From: a virus
Taxonomy: Duplodnaviria > Caudoviricetes
Virus record (IMG/VR): IMGVR_UViG_3300045741_000082
Span: 1-62,486 of that record
DNA: 62,486 nucleotides
Strand: one strand, 5' to 3'
Positions 50,265 to 58,598 of the stretch are shown here, in pieces. Numbering within the stretch: position 1 is the stretch's first letter; every line of letters starts with the position of its first letter. The translations under genes and the position numbers were made by a program. Under the pieces are notes generated by a model. The model was not told the DNA's origin, searched no databases, and saw nothing but the letters and a program-made list of their open reading frames with translations.

Positions 50265-50335
50265 ATTGATCTACCTTGCTAGTGTCAACAACTATCTTTG
50301 ATCTAAGTTTGTTGTTAGATAATACAGCAGCTTTC

Positions 50336-50563
50336 TTAAGAGTTACTGTCTTCTGTTTCATTCTTCTTAGCTTTCTTTTGAAATTTTTTATCTAAAACTT
50401 CTTCTTTTGGTACTTCCACAATCAAAGACTCTGGAGACTTTTGAAAACTAGTGTTGCATTTTTTGTTCATGCACCGCTTAGGTTTAAGGTCTGCCCATTC
50501 CTCTCTTATTGAAGTAGTCCACCCACAGTTCTTGCAAGTGTACTTAATCTTGTTTCCTACCAT
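50336..50563 (-). CDS. Zinc-ribbon protein
   Basis: CKNCG...CMNKKC; ATG at 50563 with GAGGAG SD. Confidence 0.7.
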   Translation of the reverse strand: MVGNKIKYTCKNCGWTTSIREEWADLKPKRCMNKKCNTSFQKSPESLIVEVPKEEVLDKKFQKKAKKNETEDSNS

Positions 50564-50686
50564 TTGTTTTCTCCTCAAAACGTAAGTAGGATATATCTAT
50601 TTTTGAAATAATTAATAAGCGTCTGTCCAAGTTTCCTTTTTTGTTATGTAAACAATTAATAAGGTTGAAAAACTACTGACTATAAC

Positions 50687-50998
50687 TTAATGTATTCCTT
50701 CATGAATATATCCTACTTTATTATTTTCTATACTCGTATAAACAACTGATCCATCTGGTAGGTCCATTCTATAAATAACCGATAAGCCTAAACGTGAACA
50801 CTCATTTTTTACGAGTGAGTACTGTTCTTTTGTTAAAGGTTGTCCGTGGTCAGTAAGAGTAGGTACTATCTCATACTTATCTGTTCCTGCCAGGATTTTA
50901 AAGAAATGGTCGTCAAACTGCTCGTTTTCTTCCACCAGCTTGTTAAATTGCTCTTCTGATAACTCTTCGGGTTTGTTGGGTTTTTTAGGTGTTGACAA
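50687..50998 (-). CDS. Hypothetical protein
   Basis: TTG start with GGAGAG SD, downstream of a copy of the repeated motif. Confidence 0.65.
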   Translation of the reverse strand: MSTPKKPNKPEELSEEQFNKLVEENEQFDDHFFKILAGTDKYEIVPTLTDHGQPLTKEQYSLVKNECSRLGLSVIYRMDLPDGSVVYTSIENNKVGYIHEGIH

Positions 50999-51019
50999 AG
51001 TTGCTCTCCCGTATATATC

Positions 51020-51041
51020 TATATGTATATACTAAGTAAAC
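51020..51041 (-). promoter_or_regulatory. Repeated motif GTTKACTTAGTATATACAYATA, copy 1
   Basis: Near-identical copies at 52087-52108 and 53893-53914, each heading a minus-strand gene group. Confidence 0.6.
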
Positions 51042-51042
51042 G

Positions 51043-51285
51043 TTAACCGTAAAGAATTTTCGTCATTTTTGTTATTTTTTCTTCTGGAATGATCTTTCCT
51101 AGCTGTTTTAGCCTATCTTTATGTATTGCCCTAATGTATTGGTGGTCCCATCTTCCATAATAGTCTACGTTAGCATCGTAACTCTTTATATCATAATATA
51201 TTCCAGTATCGTCTACATATACGTCTATGATTCTAAATAGTTGTTTTTGTTCAGTTAATAAGAAATCCCCTACATTAATTTCCAT
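51043..51285 (-). CDS. Small SH3/KOW-like protein with KxLY tag
   Basis: INVGDFL N-terminus; ends KMTKILYG*. Confidence 0.75.
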   Translation of the reverse strand: MEINVGDFLLTEQKQLFRIIDVYVDDTGIYYDIKSYDANVDYYGRWDHQYIRAIHKDRLKQLGKIIPEEKITKMTKILYG

Positions 51286-51601
51286 ACAATACCTTCATAG
51301 TTTTCTTATTAGCTTCAACCTTTTTTAGGAAATCTGGACTAATTTCTAACAGTACCTCATCTCCAATATAACCCACACGAGACACATATAACTTATTAGA
51401 GTTAAATAAAGACGGCCCAACAACCTCAAATAAGGACTTAAGGAAGGTACATCTAACTATCTCACCATCTGCAAAATCCTCTAATATGTTGCTAGTAGAC
51501 AACTTTTTATACATTTCTGGGCTTTTTCGTATATTAGCTTCTGCTATACTTATTACCATCTGATCGTCATCACTTATCGTCATTTCCTTTATCTTTCCCA
51601 T
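51275..51601 (-). CDS. Small protein with KxLY tag
   Basis: FADGEIVR; ends KTMKVLYGN*. Confidence 0.75.
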   Translation of the reverse strand: MGKIKEMTISDDDQMVISIAEANIRKSPEMYKKLSTSNILEDFADGEIVRCTFLKSLFEVVGPSLFNSNKLYVSRVGYIGDEVLLEISPDFLKKVEANKKTMKVLYGN

Positions 51602-51824
51602 ATAACACCTTTATAGCCTTTACAGAGGCTTCTGAGTTGTACTTGGCAAGAAGACCTTCCCTAACCATTAACTGCCTTGGGTAGGCCGTTTTATCGCCTT
51701 TTAGGACTATCCCACAAACGTAAGGGTCTGACGGTATCTGAGGATTTAGCATGTGTACTGTTTTTACCACATATATCCTATTTTCGTAGAATACAAGGTC
51801 TCCAATATCAAACTTACTATCCAT
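51570..51824 (-). CDS. Small SH3/KOW-like protein with KxLY tag
   Basis: KFDIGDLV; KAIKVLYG near the C-terminus. Confidence 0.75.
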   Translation of the reverse strand: MDSKFDIGDLVFYENRIYVVKTVHMLNPQIPSDPYVCGIVLKGDKTAYPRQLMVREGLLAKYNSEASVKAIKVLYGKDKGNDDK

Positions 51825-52047
51825 ATAGCACCAATAGGGTTAAAAGTCTTTTTTTATCAGTTATCTCTTTAGCTTTGTCTATTTCAATATTTATGGTATG
51901 TCTGTCTAAGATAAGCTCAAATAGGTTCAATCTATGCTTTCTTAAGGGTATACACTCAAAATATTCTTTACATTCGCTTAATTCGTTATAACCTATTCCA
52001 ACTACAATGTAGATGTCGCTTTGATATTCAATAAACCTAAATTTCAT
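51817..52047 (-). CDS. Small protein with a tag variant
   Basis: Ends LTLLVLYG*. Confidence 0.7.
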   Translation of the reverse strand: MKFRFIEYQSDIYIVVGIGYNELSECKEYFECIPLRKHRLNLFELILDRHTINIEIDKAKEITDKKRLLTLLVLYG

Positions 52048-52086
52048 ATAGTAATTTCAAGCTCTTATGAGAGCCTCCTACAATAC

Positions 52087-52108
52087 TATATGTATATACT
52101 AAGTCAAC
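52087..52108 (-). promoter_or_regulatory. Repeated motif, copy 2 (contains a TTGACT -35-like hexamer)
   Basis: GTTGACTTAGTATATACATATA, with TATTGT 16 nt after the hexamer. Confidence 0.6.
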
Positions 52109-52385
52109 GGTTATAAAGTATTTTGATCGTCTTTATTACGCTATTTAATTCGTTTCTGTGTATTTTAGTTAGGCACGGCTCAAATAGAAACGGGACCTTT
52201 ATAGGCGTTTTTGCCTCATAGCTTAGGCATTTTAGGGAATAGGTAGATTCTGATAAAGAAATTACTTCCCCCACCCAAACAGTAGGTATATTTTGAGCTG
52301 GTTTTAATTGGACTATTAATACGTCTCCAACCCTATGCCTAGCCTTTTTCGGCATGGGCCACCTAGCTCTTTTATTAGGTTTCAT
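52104..52385 (-). CDS. Small SH3/KOW-like protein with KxLY tag
   Basis: HRVGDVL; ends KTIKILYNR*. Confidence 0.72.
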   Translation of the reverse strand: MKPNKRARWPMPKKARHRVGDVLIVQLKPAQNIPTVWVGEVISLSESTYSLKCLSYEAKTPIKVPFLFEPCLTKIHRNELNSVIKTIKILYNR

Positions 52386-52683
52386 ATAGTAATTTCAATG
52401 CTTTAGAAGGTTCCAATATTTCTATTAAGTCCTTGTGAATCAAGTAATTAAATCTAAATATGGACAAATCCCCATTTACTACAATAGCCAAAGCCAACAT
52501 ACACGTCATGGCGTCTGAGATGCCACTTGAAGAGTTGTAGAAGTCTCTATCTACTACTTCAGCTAATGTTCCCTTCTCGATTTCTATGTGCTCGTTTGTA
52601 TAGTCGTGGGGGCCTCCGTAAAAAGAGTATTGCCTCTTAAACTTAACAATATCTCCTATTTTCGGTAGTTTAGCTAATTTCAT
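52375..52683 (-). CDS. Small SH3-like protein with KxLY tag
   Basis: Likely start MKLAKLPKIGDIV at 52683; ends KALKLLYET*. Confidence 0.72.
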   Translation of the reverse strand: MKLAKLPKIGDIVKFKRQYSFYGGPHDYTNEHIEIEKGTLAEVVDRDFYNSSSGISDAMTCMLALAIVVNGDLSIFRFNYLIHKDLIEILEPSKALKLLYET

Positions 52684-52903
52684 TAGGGTCCTTTTTAAAC
52701 AGGAGGTTAAAAGCATCTGTTTCTTCGTCCATCATAACTTCCACATCATCGACCTTCATGGGCAAACCGATCTTATCGACTCCTTTGTGTCCAGTACTGT
52801 GATTTACAGGCTTACATATTAGTAATTCTCCAATGATATTAACTACTTCGTAGATCTCATTGGTATTCTTAGCCCTTACTATGTTCTTTATCTTTACTTC
52901 CAT
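52670..52903 (-). CDS. Small SH3-like protein with tag variant
   Basis: KIKNIVR...IYEVV; DAFNLLFKK near the C-terminus. Confidence 0.7.
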   Translation of the reverse strand: MEVKIKNIVRAKNTNEIYEVVNIIGELLICKPVNHSTGHKGVDKIGLPMKVDDVEVMMDEETDAFNLLFKKDPNEIS

Positions 52904-53105
52904 AAAGTACTGTCCCTGCTAGGCATTTGGTCATTAAGTGACCTTGGTGGTGAGGTATTAATCCTGTATTAACTGATCCTATTATTTTGAATAGGATTCC
53001 TCTTTCTGTTATGTCCGTGACTATTGCCTTAATGTGTTGATATCTCTGGTCTATTGGCTCTATTACGTCTCCGACCTTATAGTTTATTGGTGGTATATCT
53101 TTCAT
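52869..53105 (-). CDS. Small SH3/KOW-like protein with tag
   Basis: YKVGDVI; LAGTVLYGSK near the C-terminus. Confidence 0.72.
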   Translation of the reverse strand: MKDIPPINYKVGDVIEPIDQRYQHIKAIVTDITERGILFKIIGSVNTGLIPHHQGHLMTKCLAGTVLYGSKDKEHSKG

Positions 53106-53108
53106 CGC

Positions 53109-53456
53109 CTACCGAGACACTTTCTTGCTACTATCGGGTAACGCTTCCAGTGAGCACTGGGCGCTTCGCTCCCCAGCTCGGTTAGAACTCATCAAATCCA
53201 TACTATTGTCTTTCTTATCATACAATACCTTAATGGCTGGATTACAAGGCTCATATCTACTATGAACTATACTTTGACCTAACCATATTGGACTATCAGT
53301 ATAACCATTACTAGTATTTCTAAGCCTATAATGTCTATAAGGATAACTTGTAAAGGATGATACTTCCTCTATTTCTATTATCTCATATATTGCAGTTGTA
53401 CTCAGTTTACGAATCTTATCGCCCATCTTATACTTAAACTTATCAAAATCAATCAT
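53109..53456 (-). CDS. Small SH3/KOW-like protein with KxLY tag
   Basis: KYKMGDKI; PAIKVLYDKK followed by a short tail. Confidence 0.72.
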   Translation of the reverse strand: MIDFDKFKYKMGDKIRKLSTTAIYEIIEIEEVSSFTSYPYRHYRLRNTSNGYTDSPIWLGQSIVHSRYEPCNPAIKVLYDKKDNSMDLMSSNRAGERSAQCSLEALPDSSKKVSR

Positions 53457-53461
53457 GATTG

Positions 53462-53689
53462 TTACTTTCTCTTCGAGAGTTCTTGTCGGTTTTGGTTAAA
53501 TAGGATTTTGGTAGCTTTTTTATTTTCTACTTTTACTAAGTCCTTACGATCATTCCTTAAAAATACGTCATATACTGATAACTCTTCTATTTTCTTAGTA
53601 TTTTTATTGATATACAGAGTTTTCTGTTCTAATAGGTCTGGTAGTATATTAGTCTCATCTATCACATATCTGCCTTCCTTTTTACTCAT
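53462..53689 (-). CDS. Small protein with KILF tag variant
   Basis: KATKILFNQ near the C-terminus. Confidence 0.7.
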   Translation of the reverse strand: MSKKEGRYVIDETNILPDLLEQKTLYINKNTKKIEELSVYDVFLRNDRKDLVKVENKKATKILFNQNRQELSKRK

Positions 53690-53892
53690 ATATAACCTAA
53701 ACCTTTACAATTGTCAAATATATCTACAGTTTTTTTCTGTTGGAGGGAGGGACTTTAGGGAGGGTGGTATACTACTATATAATCAACAGATTATAACTTC
53801 AGTATAGTATATCACCCTTTTCTATTGCGCTTAATTCTTTTTGAGAATTAAGCTTATATCACCTTATTATATAATACTGAATTCATATTCTT

Positions 53893-53914
53893 TATGTGTA
53901 TATACTAAGTAAAC
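53893..53914 (-). promoter_or_regulatory. Repeated motif, copy 3
   Basis: GTTTACTTAGTATATACACATA in the divergent intergenic region. Confidence 0.6.
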
Positions 53915-54089
53915 TTTAAACATAGTTCTTGATATTTTACTAAAAGTAGGTTACTATTTGAAATTATAGGGTTATTTCTTAAAATATTTATTTTTAGTCA
54001 TATCCTCTAGTATAACTGATACTTATAATAAGTGTAAGTTACTATAAATGTAAGTATGAGTTTATTAACTTTAAGTAGAGGTAAATCAA

Positions 54090-54299
54090 ATCAAATATAG
54101 TGGAGAGTATAAATTATATAAAGATTTGTACGTAGTCAATAAAAGAATCTGTAAAGTCTATTTGCCGCCTTTATTTATGGAAGGGGATAAGTATTACTGG
54201 ATTTATTATGTTGACAATGGGGACGTTTCTATAGTAAAAGAAAAAGATCTGAAGCTTCTAGATAAAAAGATTAGTAAGGTGTTGTATGGGAAGAAATGA
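54090..54299 (+). CDS. Unlisted Tudor-like small protein with KxLY tag (start uncertain)
   Basis: Open frame ...YWIYYVDNGDVSIVKEKDLKLLDKKISKVLYGKK*; AGAGGT SD precedes ATC at 54090, with TTG at 54126 as an alternative start. Confidence 0.65.
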   Translation: MKYSGEYKLYKDLYVVNKRICKVYLPPLFMEGDKYYWIYYVDNGDVSIVKEKDLKLLDKKISKVLYGKK

Positions 54300-54606
54300 T
54301 ATTAAAATAGGTGCTCTATTTATAGTAGAATATAATGATAGAAAGTATCTAATAGAGTTAATTGCTAGTGATGTATATACTCATAGTTACTATTGTTATG
54401 ATCATATAAATGATACTTACATTACTGCTCATATTAGTGATTTTGATGATCCTAATTTAAGATTACCTACTAAAGCTGAGTTATTGCTTTATAAGAATAA
54501 AGATAGACATAATGTTTATATGAAAGATGGATTTACTTATAGTTATGGCTATAGTCTTGATGGTTTTCCTTGTAATACTAAAAAAGATGGTAAAAATGAA
54601 GTATGA
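54286..54606 (+). CDS. Small SH3-like protein with tag variant
   Basis: IKIGALF; KAELLLYKNK. Confidence 0.7.
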   Translation: MGRNDIKIGALFIVEYNDRKYLIELIASDVYTHSYYCYDHINDTYITAHISDFDDPNLRLPTKAELLLYKNKDRHNVYMKDGFTYSYGYSLDGFPCNTKKDGKNEV

Positions 54607-54823
54607 GGTTGGAGATTATTTAAGGCTAGGAGTTGATACATACATATATTTTAAAGTAATTGAAGTTAAAGAAGATAGATATGTTCTTAAACGATGTATA
54701 TCTGACGGTAAAACTATAGTAGCATTATTTGTTACTATTGATAGATTAAGTACTATTTGTAAAGTTAGTAAAACTGAAGTGTTATTAAATAGTTTTAATA
54801 GGAGGTATAAATGGATGAGTTAG
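54596..54823 (+). CDS. Small SH3/KOW-like protein
   Basis: Likely start MKYEVGDYL at 54596; degenerate tag KTEVLLNS. Confidence 0.7.
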   Translation: MKYEVGDYLRLGVDTYIYFKVIEVKEDRYVLKRCISDGKTIVALFVTIDRLSTICKVSKTEVLLNSFNRRYKWMS

Positions 54824-55137
54824 AAGGTAAGGTATTAGTAGCTAAACCAGGTAAGCAAAAGGAGTTTGAAGAGGCTATGGCTAATACAGTCAAAATAGCT
54901 CAAGGTACTCTTGGCTGGAAAGGACAAGCTGAGATGATGTGGGAAATAGGTGCTGCTGAAGTTATGTTTGGTATTAAAACTAAAAGTAAGAAAAAGGGTG
55001 TAGTTCAATTAGAAGATATGATTAGACAAGCTTACTTACAAACTATAATGGATAATGCAGAATGGGTTCCTGAAGAGCAAGCTAAAGGTAGACATCAGGC
55101 CAATAAGATTCTGTTTGGTGAGAAAGACCAAAAATAA
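54811..55137 (+). CDS. Small protein with KILFG tag
   Basis: AGGAGG SD; QANKILFGEK near the C-terminus. Confidence 0.75.
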   Translation: MDELEGKVLVAKPGKQKEFEEAMANTVKIAQGTLGWKGQAEMMWEIGAAEVMFGIKTKSKKKGVVQLEDMIRQAYLQTIMDNAEWVPEEQAKGRHQANKILFGEKDQK

Positions 55138-55158
55138 ATTTTTTTTAAAATTTTTAGT

Positions 55159-55653
55159 TTAGCTATTATTTTTATTACTTTTTTTAAGGTTATCCCTTGC
55201 CCACTTTGGTTGTAAATTTGTATAGTGACAAGCTTTCTTAACCTCTTCTGGGTTATTAAGATCGAACCAAGATAAAGGAGTTTTGTGATCTATATGCCAT
55301 TGACCATAATTATCTAGAGTCATATCTGGTTCAAATAAGTTGGTAATATGTTTTAGAAATTCACTATAAGTGCAACCTAAGTATTTAATTGCAGAAACAT
55401 CACTTAATTGCTTTTTCCATATGCCTCTAGCCCGTCTTCTCAAATTATTTCTAATTCTTTGCTCAGGCCTTTTATTGCTCTTTGCTATAGATCTTCTATA
55501 GGATTCTGAGTTGGCGTATCTATTTGGTCTATGCCTTTTATTATCACAGGTTTTACACCTACTCTGTATTCCATTAGATCTAGAAGAACATCTATAAAAT
55601 TCTTCTTTGGATTTCTTTTCATTACATGTAAAACAAGTATATAAAGATTTCAT
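55159..55653 (-). CDS. Free-standing HNH-type endonuclease (WHIDH family), paralogue of 30497-31084
   Basis: CFTC...CKTC, LGCT, NYGQWHIDHKTPL and HYTNLQPKWARDN. Confidence 0.87.
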   Translation of the reverse strand: MKSLYTCFTCNEKKSKEEFYRCSSRSNGIQSRCKTCDNKRHRPNRYANSESYRRSIAKSNKRPEQRIRNNLRRRARGIWKKQLSDVSAIKYLGCTYSEFLKHITNLFEPDMTLDNYGQWHIDHKTPLSWFDLNNPEEVKKACHYTNLQPKWARDNLKKSNKNNS

Positions 55654-55659
55654 AAAGAA

Positions 55660-55688
55660 ATAATATCATCTGGTGGGGTTAGTGTCAA
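55660..55688 (-). promoter_or_regulatory. Sigma-70 promoter giving a leaderless HNH mRNA
   Basis: TTGACA-N17-TATTAT with extended -10 TGn; ATG follows 6 nt after the -10 box and there is no SD. Confidence 0.75.
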
Positions 55689-55892
55689 TCGATTTTAAAA
55701 TTTTTTTAAAAATTGAGAAAGAGGGTTAGTACCCCTGGAGGGGTTAGGGGAGGTGACGTTTTTTGACCGTATCCCCTTCTGCAACAATCGTGCCAATGTC
55801 TCATTTTGATACATAATACGGATGTCTCATAATGATAAAAAAGCCCCTGTACCAGAACGATACAGAGGCCAAAGACATGGGGGAATGTCTTA

Positions 55893-56090
55893 TTATGACA
55901 CAGATGGGGTTGTCTGTGCCAATTTGATACACTGTTCTAGTTCATTTACTTCAACCAATTTTGTGTTATATTGTGCCTTAAGTGTTTCAAGTTGCAATTG
56001 TGCTGTATTGAGACGTGCTTCAATTTGAGACAACTGAATTTTCTTAGTGTTTAATTTTGATACATTAAGTTCTACATTAAATTTTCTCAT
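55893..56090 (-). CDS. Small coiled-coil protein
   Basis: 65 aa, AGGAG SD, heptad pattern. Confidence 0.65.
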   Translation of the reverse strand: MRKFNVELNVSKLNTKKIQLSQIEARLNTAQLQLETLKAQYNTKLVEVNELEQCIKLAQTTPSVS

Positions 56091-56154
56091 AATGATACTC
56101 CTATTATTTTAAATTAAGGCTATACCACAATAGTATAGCCTATGTTATTATGTA

Positions 56155-56397
56155 TTATGCAGTTGTAACTTTGGATCGAATAACTGCTTTCTGCTTTCTG
56201 ATATATCGAGCCACTGTCTCAAATCGAGTATATTGACCTGTTAATGCTTGAATAATGCCTACTACTGATTGTGCATAATCATTTGATGCAGCATAACCCA
56301 ATGTGATAAGCCAAGTCTCACCACGAGTCTCAATATGAGACTTTACTACTTCTTTTACTTGAGTACCTATTGATTGTTTATTGTTTATGTTATACAT
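56155..56397 (-). CDS. Small protein, possibly HTH-like
   Basis: AGGGG SD; FETVARYIRK; lies downstream of the -24/-12 element at 56450. Confidence 0.7.
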   Translation of the reverse strand: MYNINNKQSIGTQVKEVVKSHIETRGETWLITLGYAASNDYAQSVVGIIQALTGQYTRFETVARYIRKQKAVIRSKVTTA

Positions 56398-56726
56398 TTT
56401 ATTTCCCCTTGTTATAACTCACTTAATTGTGAATCATACTTACTACTATTGCATTATGAATGCCAACAATAGCTCAGTGAATTCAATAGTCTCAGTATGA
56501 TATTATGTTGAACTTATATACACTATTATGAGATTTTCTACTTATATTAGTAGTTTCAATAGGTTAAGTCACTGTAGAACTATTAGTCACTTTACATAGG
56601 TTTGACATACCATAATGATACGTTATCCGGTGTTGAGTTATGGTCTATAGGTATATAATCCGGAAACTGTATTATATTGAGACTGGAATAGGATTTGCAC
56701 CTATACCAGCCTGTATTGAATTTAGA

Positions 56727-57404
56727 TTACTTGACTTTTGCCCAATTTGTATTGGTATAGGACTTTTGGCCATGATACACTAGACCTATTTTATTATTCG
56801 GTCCTAGTGCAGCTACTAGATCGTCATTAGTTGCATCGGTATAACCTGCAGCCAACAGGTCAGTCTCAGATGGAAACACTTTGGAGTGTCTATGATTGAT
56901 ACAATCAATAAGGTGATCTTGCTTGCCACCGAAACTATATATCAGTCTAAAGTTATTAGGTATATTGCCATTATAAGACAACTCATTAAAAATCTGTATC
57001 ATTTTGGTATAGGCATAGAATCTCACATCGAGACACTTCTCAATAATCTCAATCCAAGACATGGCATAATCTTTGCTATAGAAGTCACCAGAATCATGTA
57101 TCCTTATGAGACACTTATTATCTTTTACTTGGGATTTCATGTATTTAAGTCTTATTTCGGCCACCATCAAATCAACAAAATTCTCGTTTTGAGTCAACTT
57201 AAGTCTTTCTTCGTAGGCATTCACTACATTCCCAAAACGATACGTACCACTTCGAGCATAGCAGCCTGTAGCGCAAACCCCTGCCATTGGACACGTCTTA
57301 AGTCCTGTATTAGACAAGAATGCAGGTATACCGAAGTTATACACGTCTATTCCATTTTGAGACGATTTTTTCATTTTCCCGTTTTGGGTCAATATACTAC
57401 CCAT
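56727..57404 (-). CDS. Gp88-like phage protein (Cys cluster)
   Basis: TCPMAGVCATGCYA, RIHDSGDFY, FYAYTK and PNNFRLIYS motifs. Confidence 0.8.
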   Translation of the reverse strand: MGSILTQNGKMKKSSQNGIDVYNFGIPAFLSNTGLKTCPMAGVCATGCYARSGTYRFGNVVNAYEERLKLTQNENFVDLMVAEIRLKYMKSQVKDNKCLIRIHDSGDFYSKDYAMSWIEIIEKCLDVRFYAYTKMIQIFNELSYNGNIPNNFRLIYSFGGKQDHLIDCINHRHSKVFPSETDLLAAGYTDATNDDLVAALGPNNKIGLVYHGQKSYTNTNWAKVK

Positions 57405-57582
57405 ATATCACCTCAACTTCCGATTTTAAGTATAGTTCTTCACCAGTATCATAGGCCACTTCGAAGTGAGCTGATGATTCACCACAACATCCTATGCCAT
57501 TGGCAGGATGCATACAATAAGGACAAACTTCAATTTCCTCAATGATATCAGCTACATGTAGTTTAATCTTATTCTGTCTCAT
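57397..57582 (-). CDS. Small Cys-rich protein
   Basis: CPYC...CCGE..HF. Confidence 0.7.
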   Translation of the reverse strand: MRQNKIKLHVADIIEEIEVCPYCMHPANGIGCCGESSAHFEVAYDTGEELYLKSEVEVIYG

Positions 57583-57583
57583 A

Positions 57584-57775
57584 TTAAGCCACCTTTCTAT
57601 TATCGTTATTAAATTTAATAATTAGTAGTTCTATTATGCAATCTTTAATAGTAGACCTATGAACTGATAGTTGCCCCAATATTTTAAGACTAGCATTGGG
57701 TCCTCTTGCTAGTTCCTTCGCTGTAAGAGACTCGTTATACTTTAATAATTTGTCCAGTTCTATTAGTGTAAGCAT
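57584..57775 (-). CDS. Hypothetical protein
   Basis: GAGGGG SD; first gene downstream of the -24/-12 element at 57868. Confidence 0.65.
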   Translation of the reverse strand: MLTLIELDKLLKYNESLTAKELARGPNASLKILGQLSVHRSTIKDCIIELLIIKFNNDNRKVA

Positions 57776-58598
57776 TGTATTTCCCCTCGTTATATTATTA
57801 CTATACTCATCGGTTTATTATTAAATAACTTTAATTAATTATTTAATATTTACATAATTGTATGTTATGCAGTATAGGTGCCAATCTCATATTGATATTT
57901 GTATGTAATTTCAAGCAGTTATATAATGTTTCAATAGTAGAATTTGTATAACTTTTAGTCAATTTAAGCATTATTAGTAATATAGTAATAATATCATATA
58001 CTTGTAGGCTGTATGAGTTATATACGATTTGACAGTCATTTTGAGACATAATCCGTAAGCTGTATCATTTTAGGACTGGCACGGTCCTTGCATGGGGTAT
58101 TCTTAGTGTCAATTTGATACAAAATCCGGAAGTTGTATCATACTGAGATGGCATGCCTATTGCATCTGTACTGTATTGAGGCGGCCCACACTAATACGTC
58201 TCATAACGATATTGGCATGAATAATGCATATAGCAATATCTATGCCATGTCTCATATTGAAACGTCTCAATTTGAGATGTCTCATAATGGGGTTGTCTCA
58301 TAAAGGGACTAAAAGAGCTAAATTCCTATAGAAAAAATTATTACTATATGTAATATATGGAGTAAGTATGTGTTATTATTGGATTATTTGTATATTTATT
58401 GTTATAAATTGTGTAAATAGTAGTAATATTAGTGGTTTATGTGTTATTTTTAGTAATAATTGTAAATTTATTAGGAATAACAGGGGTTTGAGTGAAACCG
58501 TAGTTCTTTTAGACAATTGTAAAATGACCTTAATTCTCATTATTCCTCAATATATACAACAACTTACACAAAAACTATCCTACATACCATGTCAAATA

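Larger units (their letters stand above)
55797..58310. repeat. Dispersed 17-bp palindrome TGTMTCA-N3-TGAKACA (more than 20 copies)
   Basis: Examples at 55797, 55823, 55886, 55915, 56016, 56048, 56326 (perfect AGTCTCAATATGAGACT), 56488, 56668, 56862, 57019, 57097, 57883, 58032, 58061, 58105, 58134, 58197, 58248, 58263, 58278 and 58294. Confidence 0.85.

Noticed and set aside
53850-53886. 11-codon micro-ORF MNSVLYNNKVI resembling a tag-only peptide
   Set aside because: Too short and lacking an SD; such a match is plausible by chance in AT-rich DNA.
55718-55779. G-rich patch as a genome terminus or pac site
   Set aside because: Composition is distinctive, but nothing in the sequence alone identifies it as an end; read-level data are needed.
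56886-57545. 219-aa plus-strand ORF
   Set aside because: Antisense to the gp88-like gene with no recognisable motif, although the element at 56684 could drive an antisense RNA.
58032-58310. CRISPR or mini-CRISPR array
   Set aside because: Repeats are degenerate 17-bp dyads with irregular spacing, no unique ~30-nt spacers and no cas genes in the window.
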